A stretch of 64,000 nt of DNA from an uncultured delta proteobacterium (GCA_963705165.1 CAVPJD010000009.1:32001-96000), one strand, 5' to 3'; positions 29,601 to 38,877 are shown, counted from the first letter of the stretch. The notes: generated by a model from the sequence alone, not told the origin. Translations and numbers: made by a program.

Positions 29601-30504
29601 CGACGGCAAAGGCGCGTTCGTCACGAACAGTGCCGCCCCCATTTATGACTTCGACGGCAGGATCACGGGCAGCGCCGTGGCCATCCTGGACATCACCGAA
29701 CGAATCGAGGCCGAGCAGGCCCTGCAGAAGGCGAAGGAAGAGCTGGAGGATAAAGTAAAGGAGCGCACGGCGGAGCTCATCCTGACCCTGGAGAATCTCG
29801 AGAAGAGCCGCAACGACCTGCGCAAGCTGGCCTCGGAGCTGGTCCTGGCGGAAGAGCGGGAGCGCAAGAAAATCTCGGTGATTCTGCACGACGAGGTGGC
29901 CCAGACGCTGGCGGCAGCCAGGATGAGGATCGACCTGCTCAGGAGAATGCCGGGCGACGATGATTCCCGGCGCGTGCTCGACGAGGCACAGCAGCTTCTC
30001 GTGCAGGCCATCCGGGAAACCAGGGCCCTGATGACCGACATCAGCAACCCCGTGCTCTACGACATGGGGCTGCAGGTGGCCGTGCAATCGCTGACGGAGG
30101 AGGTGAAGGCCAGAAATGGGATTTCCTTCTCGAGCTCGTTCAGCGGGCATCTCAAGACCCTGGAGAAGGACGTGGAAGTGATGCTCTTCCAGCTGGTGAA
30201 GGAGCTTGTACAGAACATCGTCAAGCACAGCGGGGCCCGGAAGGCGAGCATCCTCATCGTCGAGGAAAAGGATGTCGTCCGCGTGGTCGTTGCCGATGAC
30301 GGGCAGGGTTTCGATGCCGGGAACGTCGGCGCAGTCGGATTGGATGGCGGTTTCGGCCTCTTCAGCATCCGCGAGAGGGTAAAGTCGTATCATGGGAAAA
30401 TCACGATCGAATCCGAGCCGGGGAAGGGCGCGGAAGTGACCGTCATGCTGCCGAAGAAAGCTGCCGGCGGCGCCGCATCCCGCAAAACCGGGAAAAGAAA
30501 ATAA
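26641..30504 (+). CDS. Large membrane multi-PAS sensor histidine kinase (HisKA_3)
   Basis: About 8 TM helices, several PAS/PAC domains, EERERKKISVILHDEVAQ, N..KHS, DDGQGF, GFGL. Confidence 0.93.
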   Translation: MQHPAERSEKKGFLSDLFSRPESLPLLLFILFFAILYGAGPDLRSAKFIFDPPWLLIVLNTLFVMGLCLLIAGLCFRSFLRGGFLNVLLLGCGVLAFGLTSFAAGWLIRPPHGLNEALTIRNIGVLCAAAFFFLSSLFTAFGLSMEIEHRRGLAAVMAFSGVFTMGALLTAATLLHFIPPFFIAGEGPTIIRQVALAVSVTLFTLSAILMMMVYSERKTVFLLYSINALLLFGAGIVGVSLGVPGSPLSWLGRAAQYMGNVYLVVASMQALAEARRRGTSVEKALAGFFRKSERHYKALVEMAADAIVSIDREGKILLMNPVAEETFGYGRDEAAGLSLAELIVPEQSREFFHACMYGEPCRNMGMDLKRKDGSIFPAELSFSPEMKSEGGSERTIIIRDVTERRLAEEAIQSAALFPIQNPEPILRIHRDGTLLFSNPAAEPVLKEWRAASKTGFPAQVRQAVEAALNEGIARDIEVQIDGRDFSFVVTPIVKNHYANLYGRDVTESKRAEEALRKSEARLRLAHDAGKAGTWEWDLRTHENIWSEELWKLYGLDPHGSEPAYETWRQTIHPDDRAKAEQIVQDAATHGAELNAEWRVRDRDGSIRWLMSRGQPQVDVEGRPMRYIGIVVDITARKRTEEALRGSEARYRSYIEVTGQMGWTTNADGEIVEDIPGWRAYTGQTFDEMRGWGWSKALHPDDVEITLAVWRKAVEDKQGYETEYRLRRHDGVYRHFLARGVPILNDDGNLREWVGTCIDITERNQAEAALRQNEARFRQLADSMPQLVWTAEPDGRVDYYNGRLSSFTTRGPWRPAVYAEDRPRTAEAWKSAVRTGSPYEIEHRMQLADGRFRWFLTRAVPVPDETGQVVKWYGTSTDVHDRKQAEEEREFARIEAINENNRLEALIKTLPVGVAMVDTEGGNIRSNRMYDQLWGGPRPEARSVNDYDKYKAWWLDSGLAVQPDEWASARAVQKGETVTGQLLQIERFDGKGAFVTNSAAPIYDFDGRITGSAVAILDITERIEAEQALQKAKEELEDKVKERTAELILTLENLEKSRNDLRKLASELVLAEERERKKISVILHDEVAQTLAAARMRIDLLRRMPGDDDSRRVLDEAQQLLVQAIRETRALMTDISNPVLYDMGLQVAVQSLTEEVKARNGISFSSSFSGHLKTLEKDVEVMLFQLVKELVQNIVKHSGARKASILIVEEKDVVRVVVADDGQGFDAGNVGAVGLDGGFGLFSIRERVKSYHGKITIESEPGKGAEVTVMLPKKAAGGAASRKTGKRK

Positions 30505-30528
30505 AAGAGCTGATAACCGGTTTCAGGC

Positions 30529-31185
30529 TTACCCCTCGATGCTCACCAGCCCTTCCCGGACGGCGTATTTTGTCAGCTCGGCGATGCCTCGCATGTTGAG
30601 CTTCTCCATCATGTTCCGGCGGTGGGTCTCGACGGTCTTTACGCTCACGTTGAGGTGCGAGGCGATCTCCTTGGCCGCCATCCCCTCGGCCAGAAGCTGG
30701 AGGACCTCGCGCTCGCGCGGCGTGAGAACGGCGCCCGATCCGTGGGAGGGCCCGGGCGTCTTGTCGAGATATCCCTGGACCACCACCTCGGCAATCCTCG
30801 GACTGAGATACGTATTTCCCTCTGCCACATTCCGGATGGCCGTGGCCAATTCCTCGAAGGCGCAATCCTTGAGAAGGTAGCCGCAGGCCCCTGCCTCGAG
30901 CATGCCCAGCACATAGCGCCGGTCGGAGTGCATCGAGAGGCCTATGACCCGGACCCCGGGGGTTTCCTCCATGATCTTCCGGGTGGCGTCAATCCCGTTC
31001 ATGTCCGGCATGGTCACGTCCATGATCACGACGTTGGGGTGGAGCTTCTGGGCCAGGCGGACCGCCTTGCGGCCGTTTTCCGCTTCGGCGATCACCTCCA
31101 TGCCGGCCTCTTTTTCGATCAGAGTCTTGAGTCCGTCCCGGATGATCTTGTGGTCATCGGCAAGCAAAACCCGGATGGTCGACAT
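30529..31185 (-). CDS. NarL/LuxR family response regulator
   Basis: LLADDH receiver plus LTPREREVL...KTVETHR HTH. Confidence 0.95.
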   Translation of the reverse strand: MSTIRVLLADDHKIIRDGLKTLIEKEAGMEVIAEAENGRKAVRLAQKLHPNVVIMDVTMPDMNGIDATRKIMEETPGVRVIGLSMHSDRRYVLGMLEAGACGYLLKDCAFEELATAIRNVAEGNTYLSPRIAEVVVQGYLDKTPGPSHGSGAVLTPREREVLQLLAEGMAAKEIASHLNVSVKTVETHRRNMMEKLNMRGIAELTKYAVREGLVSIEG

Positions 31186-31660
31186 CTCTCTGCGCTCCTG
31201 CTTTTTTCTTTTCTGCATGGATCGGTGTGGTGGTTGCGCCCCGCCCGGGGGCCGGAAGCCGGCACCGTCATCGAGGCCGGCATTCAGGGTATTCTCGCCT
31301 CTTTCCGGCATGGAAAGAAACCTTTTTCTGCACAGGCCGGCCCGACATATTCATGAGGAGCACAACACCTCTGCAACCCGGACAAATGACACCCTTTTGT
31401 TATTTATACCATTGAAGGCCGGCCGGCGGAATGGGAATTAACCCGAGGAGCCTTCAGTTTAATCCCGATCCTTTCTCCTCCTTTTCCTGAGACGCCCGTA
31501 AGGTATTTTCCCGCCTCGAATCATGCATTCACAGATTGAATTATTTCGGATGATTGGTGAAAATTGTCGCGCGCAAAGATAGTAACATTCCCATCTTCAA
31601 AACGACCGATCCCTGCCCGAGCGGGTCATCGACGGTACGGATCGAAAAAAGGAGAGAGCC

Positions 31661-31900
31661 ATGAGAGACATGCAGGGACAGATCAATGAGTGGATCTCGC
31701 GCAACAGGCAGAACCTGATCCGCTGCCCCCACCAGCCCGGGAATCTCCTCATCACGAAATGGAGCTGCCGCATAAGGCGGCTCAAGGCACAGAAGGCGGA
31801 CCTGGCGAATGTGATGAGCGGCGACGTGATGGATTACGTTCACAGGCAGGGGTTGTCCATCTGCCTGAACTGCGATGCGATGAAGAAGGCCGCTGCGTAA
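31661..31900 (+). CDS. Small Cys-containing hypothetical protein
   Basis: AAGGAG SD; CPHQPG..C..CLNC. Confidence 0.65.
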   Translation: MRDMQGQINEWISRNRQNLIRCPHQPGNLLITKWSCRIRRLKAQKADLANVMSGDVMDYVHRQGLSICLNCDAMKKAAA

Positions 31901-32037
31901 AACCATTGCCTCATCCGGGGCCCCTGCGCCCGCAGGGCCCTGGCGCAACCGTTCCCCTCTCCCCGGACACATGCTGAGCGGGAGGCCCCGCCTTATGCAG
32001 ACCGATGCGATCAATCCATGAACAGAAGAGACAGCCG

Positions 32038-32826
32038 ATGAGCGAAAAGAAGATCACCGTCGAGAAAAGAGGCCACGTGCTCCTCATGGGGCTCAACCGC
32101 CCCGACAAGATGAACGCCTTCGACGTGGAGATGTACCTGGAGCTGTCCGCGGCCCTGGGCGAGTTGCACCGCGACGGGGAGCTTCGCTGCGGCCTGCTCT
32201 TTGCCCACGGGAAGCATTTCACGGCGGGCCTCGATCTTCCGGCGTGGGCGCCGTTTTTCGGTGAGGGCAACTTTCCCGACCTGCCCGCAGGCGCCTGCGA
32301 CCCCTTCGGCCTCGATGAGTCAAGGCGCGTGGGCAAGCCCATGGTCATGGCCGCCCAGGGGATCTGCTACACCATCGGGCTTGAGCTCATGCTCGCCATG
32401 GACATCCGCGTGGCGTCATCGGATACGCGATTCGGGCAGATCGAGGTGAGGCGGGGCATCTACCCCGTGGGTGGCGCCACGGTGCGCCTGCACCGGGAGA
32501 TCGGCTGGGGAAACGCCATGCGGTATCTCTTGACGGCCGATGAGATCTCTGCCGCCGAGGCGCTGCGCCTCGGCCTCGTGCAGGAGGTGACCGAGCCGGG
32601 CCAGCAGTTCGACCGGGCCCTCGAGATCGCCGGGAACGTATCCAGGCAGGCGCCTCTGGGCGTCCAGGCATCGCTTGCCTCGGCCAGGCTGGCCCGCGCC
32701 GAAGGCGAAAGGGCGGCCATCGCTCGGCTTCTTCCGGATTTGATGCCCATCATGAAGAGCGAGGACGCCGCCGAGGGAATCCGGTCCTTCATCGAGAGAC
32801 GTCAGGCCCGGTTCAAAGGGAAATGA
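32038..32826 (+). CDS. Enoyl-CoA hydratase/crotonase family protein
   Basis: LNRPDKMNA, FTAGLDL, G.ELMLA.DIR, FGQIEV.RG.YP.GG. Confidence 0.93.
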   Translation: MSEKKITVEKRGHVLLMGLNRPDKMNAFDVEMYLELSAALGELHRDGELRCGLLFAHGKHFTAGLDLPAWAPFFGEGNFPDLPAGACDPFGLDESRRVGKPMVMAAQGICYTIGLELMLAMDIRVASSDTRFGQIEVRRGIYPVGGATVRLHREIGWGNAMRYLLTADEISAAEALRLGLVQEVTEPGQQFDRALEIAGNVSRQAPLGVQASLASARLARAEGERAAIARLLPDLMPIMKSEDAAEGIRSFIERRQARFKGK

Positions 32827-32850
32827 AAGCTCCCGCAAGGCACTGAAACG

Positions 32851-32887
32851 AAAGAGGGATTCCGTCTTTGCGGAATCCCTCTTTTTT
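32851..32887. terminator. Bidirectional intrinsic terminator
   Basis: AAAGAGGGATTCCG...CGGAATCCCTCTTT. Confidence 0.75.
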
Positions 32888-32908
32888 CTTCCGGTGCTGC
32901 AGGCGCCG

Positions 32909-34216
32909 CTAAAGCCGGCAGCCCTCTTCGAAGTAGCGGGCGTTGAGCTTCCGGCCGATGTTCATGACGACCGTGTGGATCTTGTCGCGCCTGGTCGCAA
33001 GGGCCCGCCTGGCAATGGAGCGCATGGAATAGAAGGCGCGATAGGTCCGGATGTAGCCCTCCGTGAGCTCCTTTTTGGACATGTGGGCCGGCTTGATCAC
33101 CACGTGGTTGGCGTCGTAGCGGGACCAGTTGAAGTGCTCGATGCGGTCATGTGTCTTCATGTCATCGAAGAGTTTTGTCCCGGGCAGAGGGGTGAGGATG
33201 TAGAAGTTTGCGCACTCCAGGTGGTTTTCGATGCAGAAGTCGAGGGTCCGGGCAAAAACGTCGGGGCCGTCGTTGTCGAGTCCGAACATGAAAGAGCCCA
33301 GGATCTTGATCCCGGATTTGTGGATGGTGGAAATGGATTGCTCATATTCCGGCGCCCGGTTGAGTTTTGCCTTGCCCAGGGCCCTCAGATTCTCCACGCT
33401 GGTTGTCTCGAAGCCCATGAAGAGCCACTTGCAGCCGCTTCTCGCGGCGAGCTCCAGCAGCTCCTTGTCTCGCGCCAGCCGCAGATCCCCCTGGCCGACC
33501 CACCGCCGCTTCAGCGGGATCAGGGCCCGGAAGAACTCCTTCGAGCGCTCCGAGTGCCCGAACATGTTGTCGTCGATGAAGAGCAGATCGCCAGACGGCA
33601 GGGCCTTGATTTCGTCGATCACTTCCTCGACGGGACGGAACCGGAATTTCGATCCCCAGAACTCGGTGACGGCGCAGTAGTTACACCGGTTGGGGCAGCC
33701 TCGGGAGGTCTCGACGACATTCGGGAAGGAGTAGGCGCCGGGCTTCAGCAGGTCGAGACGGGGCCGGGGGAGGCCTGCCAGGTCGTGCAGTTTCTCCGCA
33801 CGATAGCTCCTCTGCAGTCTCCCGGCGAGGAAATCGTCCAGCAGGTCATTCCAGGCGTACTCGGCCTCGCCGATCACGATGGCGTCGGCATGGGCCAGCG
33901 CCTCGTCCTGCAGGAAAAAGACGTGCATGCCCCCCAGGACGACCCTCACGCCGCGGCGGCGGAGGCTGTCGGCGATCTCGTAGCCGCGAAGGGCCGTGCA
34001 GGTCATGAGGGAGATCCCGACGAGGTCCGCATCGACGGCGTCAAAATTGATCTCCTCGACGTTCTCGTCGAGGATGCGCACGTTGAACCGGTCGTCGGCA
34101 TGGGCGGCAAGGATGGGGAGATTCAACTGGGCGACGGAGGATTTCGTGCGCCGCCTGGAGATGAGTCGGTCCTTGTCGGGCGCGGGGTGAATGAGAACAA
34201 GCTTGGGATTCTTCAT
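32909..34216 (-). CDS. B12-binding-domain radical SAM protein
   Basis: VVLGGMH, IGEAE, SRGCPNRCNYC (CxxxCxxC), FIDDN, GFET, TPLPGT. Confidence 0.93.
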   Translation of the reverse strand: MKNPKLVLIHPAPDKDRLISRRRTKSSVAQLNLPILAAHADDRFNVRILDENVEEINFDAVDADLVGISLMTCTALRGYEIADSLRRRGVRVVLGGMHVFFLQDEALAHADAIVIGEAEYAWNDLLDDFLAGRLQRSYRAEKLHDLAGLPRPRLDLLKPGAYSFPNVVETSRGCPNRCNYCAVTEFWGSKFRFRPVEEVIDEIKALPSGDLLFIDDNMFGHSERSKEFFRALIPLKRRWVGQGDLRLARDKELLELAARSGCKWLFMGFETTSVENLRALGKAKLNRAPEYEQSISTIHKSGIKILGSFMFGLDNDGPDVFARTLDFCIENHLECANFYILTPLPGTKLFDDMKTHDRIEHFNWSRYDANHVVIKPAHMSKKELTEGYIRTYRAFYSMRSIARRALATRRDKIHTVVMNIGRKLNARYFEEGCRL

Positions 34217-34292
34217 TTCGATCACCGATCGGCTGGGCGGTGAGAGCGACAAACCGACCCCCCCGAGGGAGGGCCGGTTTGCGCAAGTCTGC

Positions 34293-34655
34293 TTAGTAAC
34301 GCCGCCCGCCACCACCACCGCCGCCACTCGGCCTGCTGGGGCCCCGGCCGAAGCCGCCCGGGCGGGGACGGCTGTCCCTGCCGTAGCCGCCGCCGGCCGG
34401 CTGATCCTTCGGGGGTCTGGCTTCGCTCACCACGATGACCTTGCCGTGAAGCTCACCGCCGTTGAAGGAATCGATGGCCTTGCGGGCGCCTTCCTCGGAG
34501 TCCATCTCGACGAACCCGAAGCCCTTGTTCAGGCCCGTCATCCGGTCCTTGATGAGACTCACCGACAGGACATTGCCGGACTGGGAAAAATTAAACCGCA
34601 GTTCCTCTTCCGTCACCTCGCTTGAGAGGTTTCCGACGTACAGTTTTCTATTCAT
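34293..34655 (-). CDS. RRM RNA-binding protein with Gly-rich tail
   Basis: LYVGNL (RNP2), KGFGFVEM (RNP1). Confidence 0.95.
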   Translation of the reverse strand: MNRKLYVGNLSSEVTEEELRFNFSQSGNVLSVSLIKDRMTGLNKGFGFVEMDSEEGARKAIDSFNGGELHGKVIVVSEARPPKDQPAGGGYGRDSRPRPGGFGRGPSRPSGGGGGGGRRY

Positions 34656-34814
34656 GTTCGCCTCCTATTCATTGGTTTGTCTTCCTCCGAATCTTCCCCG
34701 GGCAGGCACAGGGGCCCCGACCATGGAACCACAGAGGCGGGATCAATCGGAAGAGTAAGCAAAGGCACTTCCCCGCTTCCATGGCAGGAAAGTGCCCCTG
34801 AGCATTTGTACGGC

Positions 34815-35015
34815 TTAGAGCGCCTTCACATTCGAAGCTTCGGGGCCTTTTTGGCCCTGCTGGACTTCAAAACTCACGCGCTGGCCCTCTTGAAGGGTCT
34901 TGAAGCCGCTGTCCTGGATCGCGCTGAAGTGCACGAAGACGTCATTGCCTTCGTCGGTCTCGATGAAACCGAAGCCCTTGCGCTCGTTGAACCATTTGAC
35001 TTTACCTTCTGACAT
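34815..35015 (-). CDS. cspA: Cold-shock protein
   Basis: [24 protein letters not shown]. Confidence 0.95.
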   Translation of the reverse strand: MSEGKVKWFNERKGFGFIETDEGNDVFVHFSAIQDSGFKTLQEGQRVSFEVQQGQKGPEASNVKAL

Positions 35016-35316
35016 CGCTTTTATCCTCCTTTCGCAGATTTTCACAGGCGGACAAAAAACAACGGCAGAAATAAAAAAACCACCACTTTGAAGAGCATGG
35101 CGGTCAACCTCTACACAACAAAATGTTTACATCCGGCCTAGATCACAACGGGAGCTTCCAAACAAGACTCACCGATGCAAGCCCGGCAATACTATACGGC
35201 TTTCCCCCCCGGGTCAAGGGTTATTTCCTTTCTCTTTTCCATGCTGTCCTGCAGCCGGAGTTGCGAGTCCAGCCCGGATCCCGGAGAAACCAACGAGCTG
35301 CGCTGCGCCTCGCGCA

Positions 35317-35850
35317 TCATTTCACGGGGATGAACTTGTCGCCTGCGCGCAGCGTTTTCACCCCCTGGCGCGGGACTTCCGCCATGGCCATGGCCACCTT
35401 GTCCGTCACGGGCACCGAGGTCACGGTCTCGATGCCCTGGACCTCCAGGATCCCTTCCAGGAGGGTCACCTTCGTGATGGCTTTGCGGTTGTAGAACTTC
35501 ACGTTGCGGGTGAACACCACCAGGTTCTTCTTGAAATCGACCTTCGGCGCCTTTTCCCCCGGCTTGAAAGACTTCCAGACATCGGCAAAGGTCGACCCGT
35601 CGCCGATGTAGCCTCCGACGGTTTTTTGCTGGCCCCGGGGAAGCTTCTTGAGCGCGGAGACCGGAAAATCGCCGTCCCATTTATTCACGATGGATAGATT
35701 GGCCGGCAGGGCTCCCGCCGCCGCCGTCTTCGTCTCGCCCTTGCTCTTCGGCCCCACGGGCTCCTTCGCCAGTGCCGGCTGGCCTGCCATGCCGGAAAGG
35801 ATCCCCAGGGCCGCCAGCACAACCACCCACCGCATCGCTGCTTTCATCAT
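35317..35850 (-). CDS. Secreted hypothetical protein
   Basis: Signal peptide ending PALA; W..F......PKVDF.K motif. Confidence 0.7.
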   Translation of the reverse strand: MMKAAMRWVVVLAALGILSGMAGQPALAKEPVGPKSKGETKTAAAGALPANLSIVNKWDGDFPVSALKKLPRGQQKTVGGYIGDGSTFADVWKSFKPGEKAPKVDFKKNLVVFTRNVKFYNRKAITKVTLLEGILEVQGIETVTSVPVTDKVAMAMAEVPRQGVKTLRAGDKFIPVK

Positions 35851-36012
35851 CCTCTTGCCCCCCTGAGCCGGATTGTCCGTCCACTCATGGTAATACACGT
35901 CCCGATCGGATTCAAGAAGCGAGTTTGCTTGATCGGCGATGGCGTTTCCCGTATACTGCCCGTCAATGATCACTCGCAATCCAGGGAAAAACAAAGAAGG
36001 AGGGAGACCGCC

Positions 36013-37473
36013 ATGATGATGACTGGTGAGCAGTACGTTGCAAGTATCAAGAAGATGCGGCCCAACATTTACAAGTGGGGCAAGCTCATCGAGGATGTGA
36101 CCGCCCACCCCGCCACCCGCCTGCATGTCCAGTCAGTCAAACGATCCTACGATCTCTCCTTCGACCCCGAGAAGGCATCGGTCTACACGGCAAAATCCCC
36201 GCTGACGGGCGAGCCGGTCCACCGCTGGAACTCGCTCATGCAGTCGGCCGAGGACGTGATGGGCAACTCCAACATGAAGCGCGAGCAGTACCACCAGTCG
36301 GGCACCTGCCAGGGGGCCACCTGCGCCGGATGGACGGCGATGAATGTCCTCTGGGATGCCACCTGGCAGATGGACAAGGACCTGGGAACGAACTATCACG
36401 AGCGGGTGAAAAAATTCTGGAAGTACATGGAGGCGGGCGGCGTGGCCATGTCGGGGGCCATCACGGACGCCAAGGGCAACCGATCGCAGCGGCCCTCGCA
36501 GCAGAAAAACAAGGACAGCAACGTTCATGTCAAGGAGATCCGGCCCGACGGCATCGTGATCCGCGGCTACAAGTGCCAGATCTGCGGCGTGGCGGCGGCC
36601 CACGAGATCATCGTCACGCCGGGCAGCGGCTACGGCGAGGCCGACAAGGACTTTTGCGTGGCCTGCGCGGTGCCCCGCGACGCGAACGGGCTCACCATCG
36701 TCGAGACCCGGCGCCCCAGCGACGCCCGCGACGAGGAGGACGGGTGGGATGCCCCGAAGGCGGGCAACATTACCCAGACCTTCCTCATCTTCGACGACGT
36801 CTTCGTCCCCACCGAGCGCGTCTTCATGTGCGGAGAGTTCAAATACACCGGCAAGCTGCTCATGAACTTCACGGCCATCTACCGGGCCGCCATCGGCGCC
36901 TGTGTGGCCGGCCAGGGAGACATCATGATCGGGGCGGCCATCAACATGGCCCGGGCAAACGGCCTGAGCATGCGGGCCTTCCAGGAAAAGCTCAACCAGA
37001 TGGCCATCAACAACGAGGTCACCTACGGCCTGGGGCTGGGCTCCATGATGAGGGGGAAGAAGCAGCCCTCGGGCCTCTTCGTCCCCGATTCGCTGCTGGC
37101 ACACGCCAACAAGACCCAGGTGGCAAAGCTCCCTTACGAAACGAAGGTGCTCGCCCAGGACATCTCGGGAGGCATCGCCGAGACGGGCTGCTTCCCGTCT
37201 TATGCCGATGTGCAGTCGCCGCTGTACGGCAAGCACATCCTCGAGGCTTTGACCGCGGGCGCCGACGGCGAGACGCGGGCCCGCGCAGCGCGGCTCGTCG
37301 AGTGGCTCACCGTGGGCGGCGGAATCCCGGGCTGCATGCACGGCGGCGGCTCGCCCGACGGCGCGAGGCTCGTCGTCCGGGCCTTCACGCCCTGGGAGCT
37401 GTATGCCGCCGAGGCCAAGCGCATCGCCGGGATCGCGGCGGATCTGGCCGAACCGGCACCGGCGAAAAAATAG
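36013..37473 (+). CDS. 4-hydroxybutyryl-CoA dehydratase (AbfD)/HpaB-fold family protein, divergent
   Basis: MMTGEQY..S, GAITDAKGNRS.RPSQQ, DGIVIRGYK, FDDVFVP.ERVFMCGE, QDISGG, MHG.GSP. Confidence 0.85.
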   Translation: MMMTGEQYVASIKKMRPNIYKWGKLIEDVTAHPATRLHVQSVKRSYDLSFDPEKASVYTAKSPLTGEPVHRWNSLMQSAEDVMGNSNMKREQYHQSGTCQGATCAGWTAMNVLWDATWQMDKDLGTNYHERVKKFWKYMEAGGVAMSGAITDAKGNRSQRPSQQKNKDSNVHVKEIRPDGIVIRGYKCQICGVAAAHEIIVTPGSGYGEADKDFCVACAVPRDANGLTIVETRRPSDARDEEDGWDAPKAGNITQTFLIFDDVFVPTERVFMCGEFKYTGKLLMNFTAIYRAAIGACVAGQGDIMIGAAINMARANGLSMRAFQEKLNQMAINNEVTYGLGLGSMMRGKKQPSGLFVPDSLLAHANKTQVAKLPYETKVLAQDISGGIAETGCFPSYADVQSPLYGKHILEALTAGADGETRARAARLVEWLTVGGGIPGCMHGGGSPDGARLVVRAFTPWELYAAEAKRIAGIAADLAEPAPAKK

Positions 37474-37491
37474 ACCCGGCAGGAGCACGGC

Positions 37492-38748
37492 GTGACGCCG
37501 CTAAGAAGTCTCGGGCTCACGAGCGCCACGGCGCTTGTCGTGGCAAACATGATCGGGGCCGGCGTTTTCACCACGAGCGGCTTTCTGCTCGCCGATCTCG
37601 GCTCGCCGTGGTATGTGCTGGCCGCCTGGGCCGCAGGTGGTGTGCAGGCGGCCCTCGGGGCGATGTGCTACGGGGCGCTTGCGCGACGCATCCCCGAGTC
37701 CGGAGGCGAGTACCTCTTTCTTTCCCGCACCCTGCACCCGGCGGCGGGATACGTCGCGGGGTGGCTTTCGCTCCTGGTCGGGTTCTCGGCCCCGCTTGCT
37801 GCCGCGGCCTTCGCCTTCGGCGCCTACGCAAAACCATGGCTCGGGGGCATCCCGTCCGCCCTGGCCGGTTCAACCCTGATTCTTGCCTTTGCGGCCGTTC
37901 ATGCCGTCGAGGTCCGACGAGGCGCATTGGTGCAGAATTGGGCGGTCCTCGTCAAGGTCGCCCTGATCGTCGCCTTTGTCGCATTTGCCGCCTGCAGGAT
38001 CGGACTGCCGGCGGCACCTCCCGATCCCCCCTTCCCCGTTGCCGCCTTCGGGGTCTCGCTCATCTGGATCTCCTTCAGCTATTCCGGCTGGAACGCCGCG
38101 GTCTACGTCGCAGGCGAGGTGCGCAACCCGGGGAAGACAATCCCCCGGGCGCTGATCCTCGGCACGGCACTGGTCACGCTTCTTTACCTGGGGCTCAATG
38201 CCGTGTTCGTCTTTTCCGCCCCCATTGCCGAGCTGGCCGGGAAGCTCGAGATTGGCCGGATCGCGGCCCGGGCAGTGGGCGGGGCCTTCCTTGAGGAGGC
38301 CGTGGCGGGGCTGATCGCCCTTGCGCTGATCAGCAGCGTCTCGTCGCTCGTGATGGCGGGGCCCCGCGTCTATGCACAGATGGCAACCGACGGCTATCTG
38401 CCCCGATGGCTTGCTGCAACTTCGGGCCCCCCGAGGGCGGCCATCGCCTTGCAGGCGGGGCTTGCCCTTTTCTTTCTCTGGAGCGCCACCTTTGATGCGC
38501 TTCTCACCTGGATCGGGTTCACCCTCGGCATCAGCACGGCGGCAACCGTGGCGGCCCTGATCGTTTTGCGAAAACGGGAAGGAAAAACACTGGCGGTGCC
38601 TGGCTACCCCGTTGTCCCCGGGCTCTTTCTGGCCGGCGTTGCTGCCATGACGGCCTTCACCGTGATGCAAAGGCCGATGGAGAGCCTCGTGGGGTTCGCC
38701 ACGATCGCAGCGGGACTCGTGGCGTGGGGAATCCAGAAGAAGAAGTGA
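37492..38748 (+). CDS. APC-family amino acid permease
   Basis: ANMIGAGVF, P.SGGEY.FL, FSYSGWN, GEVRNP. Confidence 0.92.
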   Translation: MTPLRSLGLTSATALVVANMIGAGVFTTSGFLLADLGSPWYVLAAWAAGGVQAALGAMCYGALARRIPESGGEYLFLSRTLHPAAGYVAGWLSLLVGFSAPLAAAAFAFGAYAKPWLGGIPSALAGSTLILAFAAVHAVEVRRGALVQNWAVLVKVALIVAFVAFAACRIGLPAAPPDPPFPVAAFGVSLIWISFSYSGWNAAVYVAGEVRNPGKTIPRALILGTALVTLLYLGLNAVFVFSAPIAELAGKLEIGRIAARAVGGAFLEEAVAGLIALALISSVSSLVMAGPRVYAQMATDGYLPRWLAATSGPPRAAIALQAGLALFFLWSATFDALLTWIGFTLGISTAATVAALIVLRKREGKTLAVPGYPVVPGLFLAGVAAMTAFTVMQRPMESLVGFATIAAGLVAWGIQKKK

Positions 38749-38752
38749 ATGA

Positions 38753-38846
38753 AGTGTTTGAGTGAATAAGTGTATGAGTGAAGAAAATGAGAAGAAATCA
38801 TTCATTCCATCACTCAGACACTTAGACACTCAGTCACTCAGGCACT
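38753..38846. repeat. Inverted arrays of 8-nt tandem repeats
   Basis: (AGTGNNNN)x4 at 38753-38784 facing (CACTNNNN)x4-5 at 38811-38846. Confidence 0.7.
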
Positions 38847-38877
38847 ATTTATCTCAGCTCATGCAGGAGGCACTGGC

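Noticed and set aside
32909..34216. B12 radical SAM enzyme as maturase for the WVDPMCGP peptides
   Set aside because: More than 32 kb away, in an unrelated context, with no RRE or SPASM features seen.
36075..38294. 739-aa Arg/Gly-rich plus-strand ORF
   Set aside because: Alternative frame over the AbfD-like and permease genes with low-complexity composition.
38753..38846. Possible CRISPR or iteron array
   Set aside because: 8-nt period with no unique spacers and no cas or rep genes.
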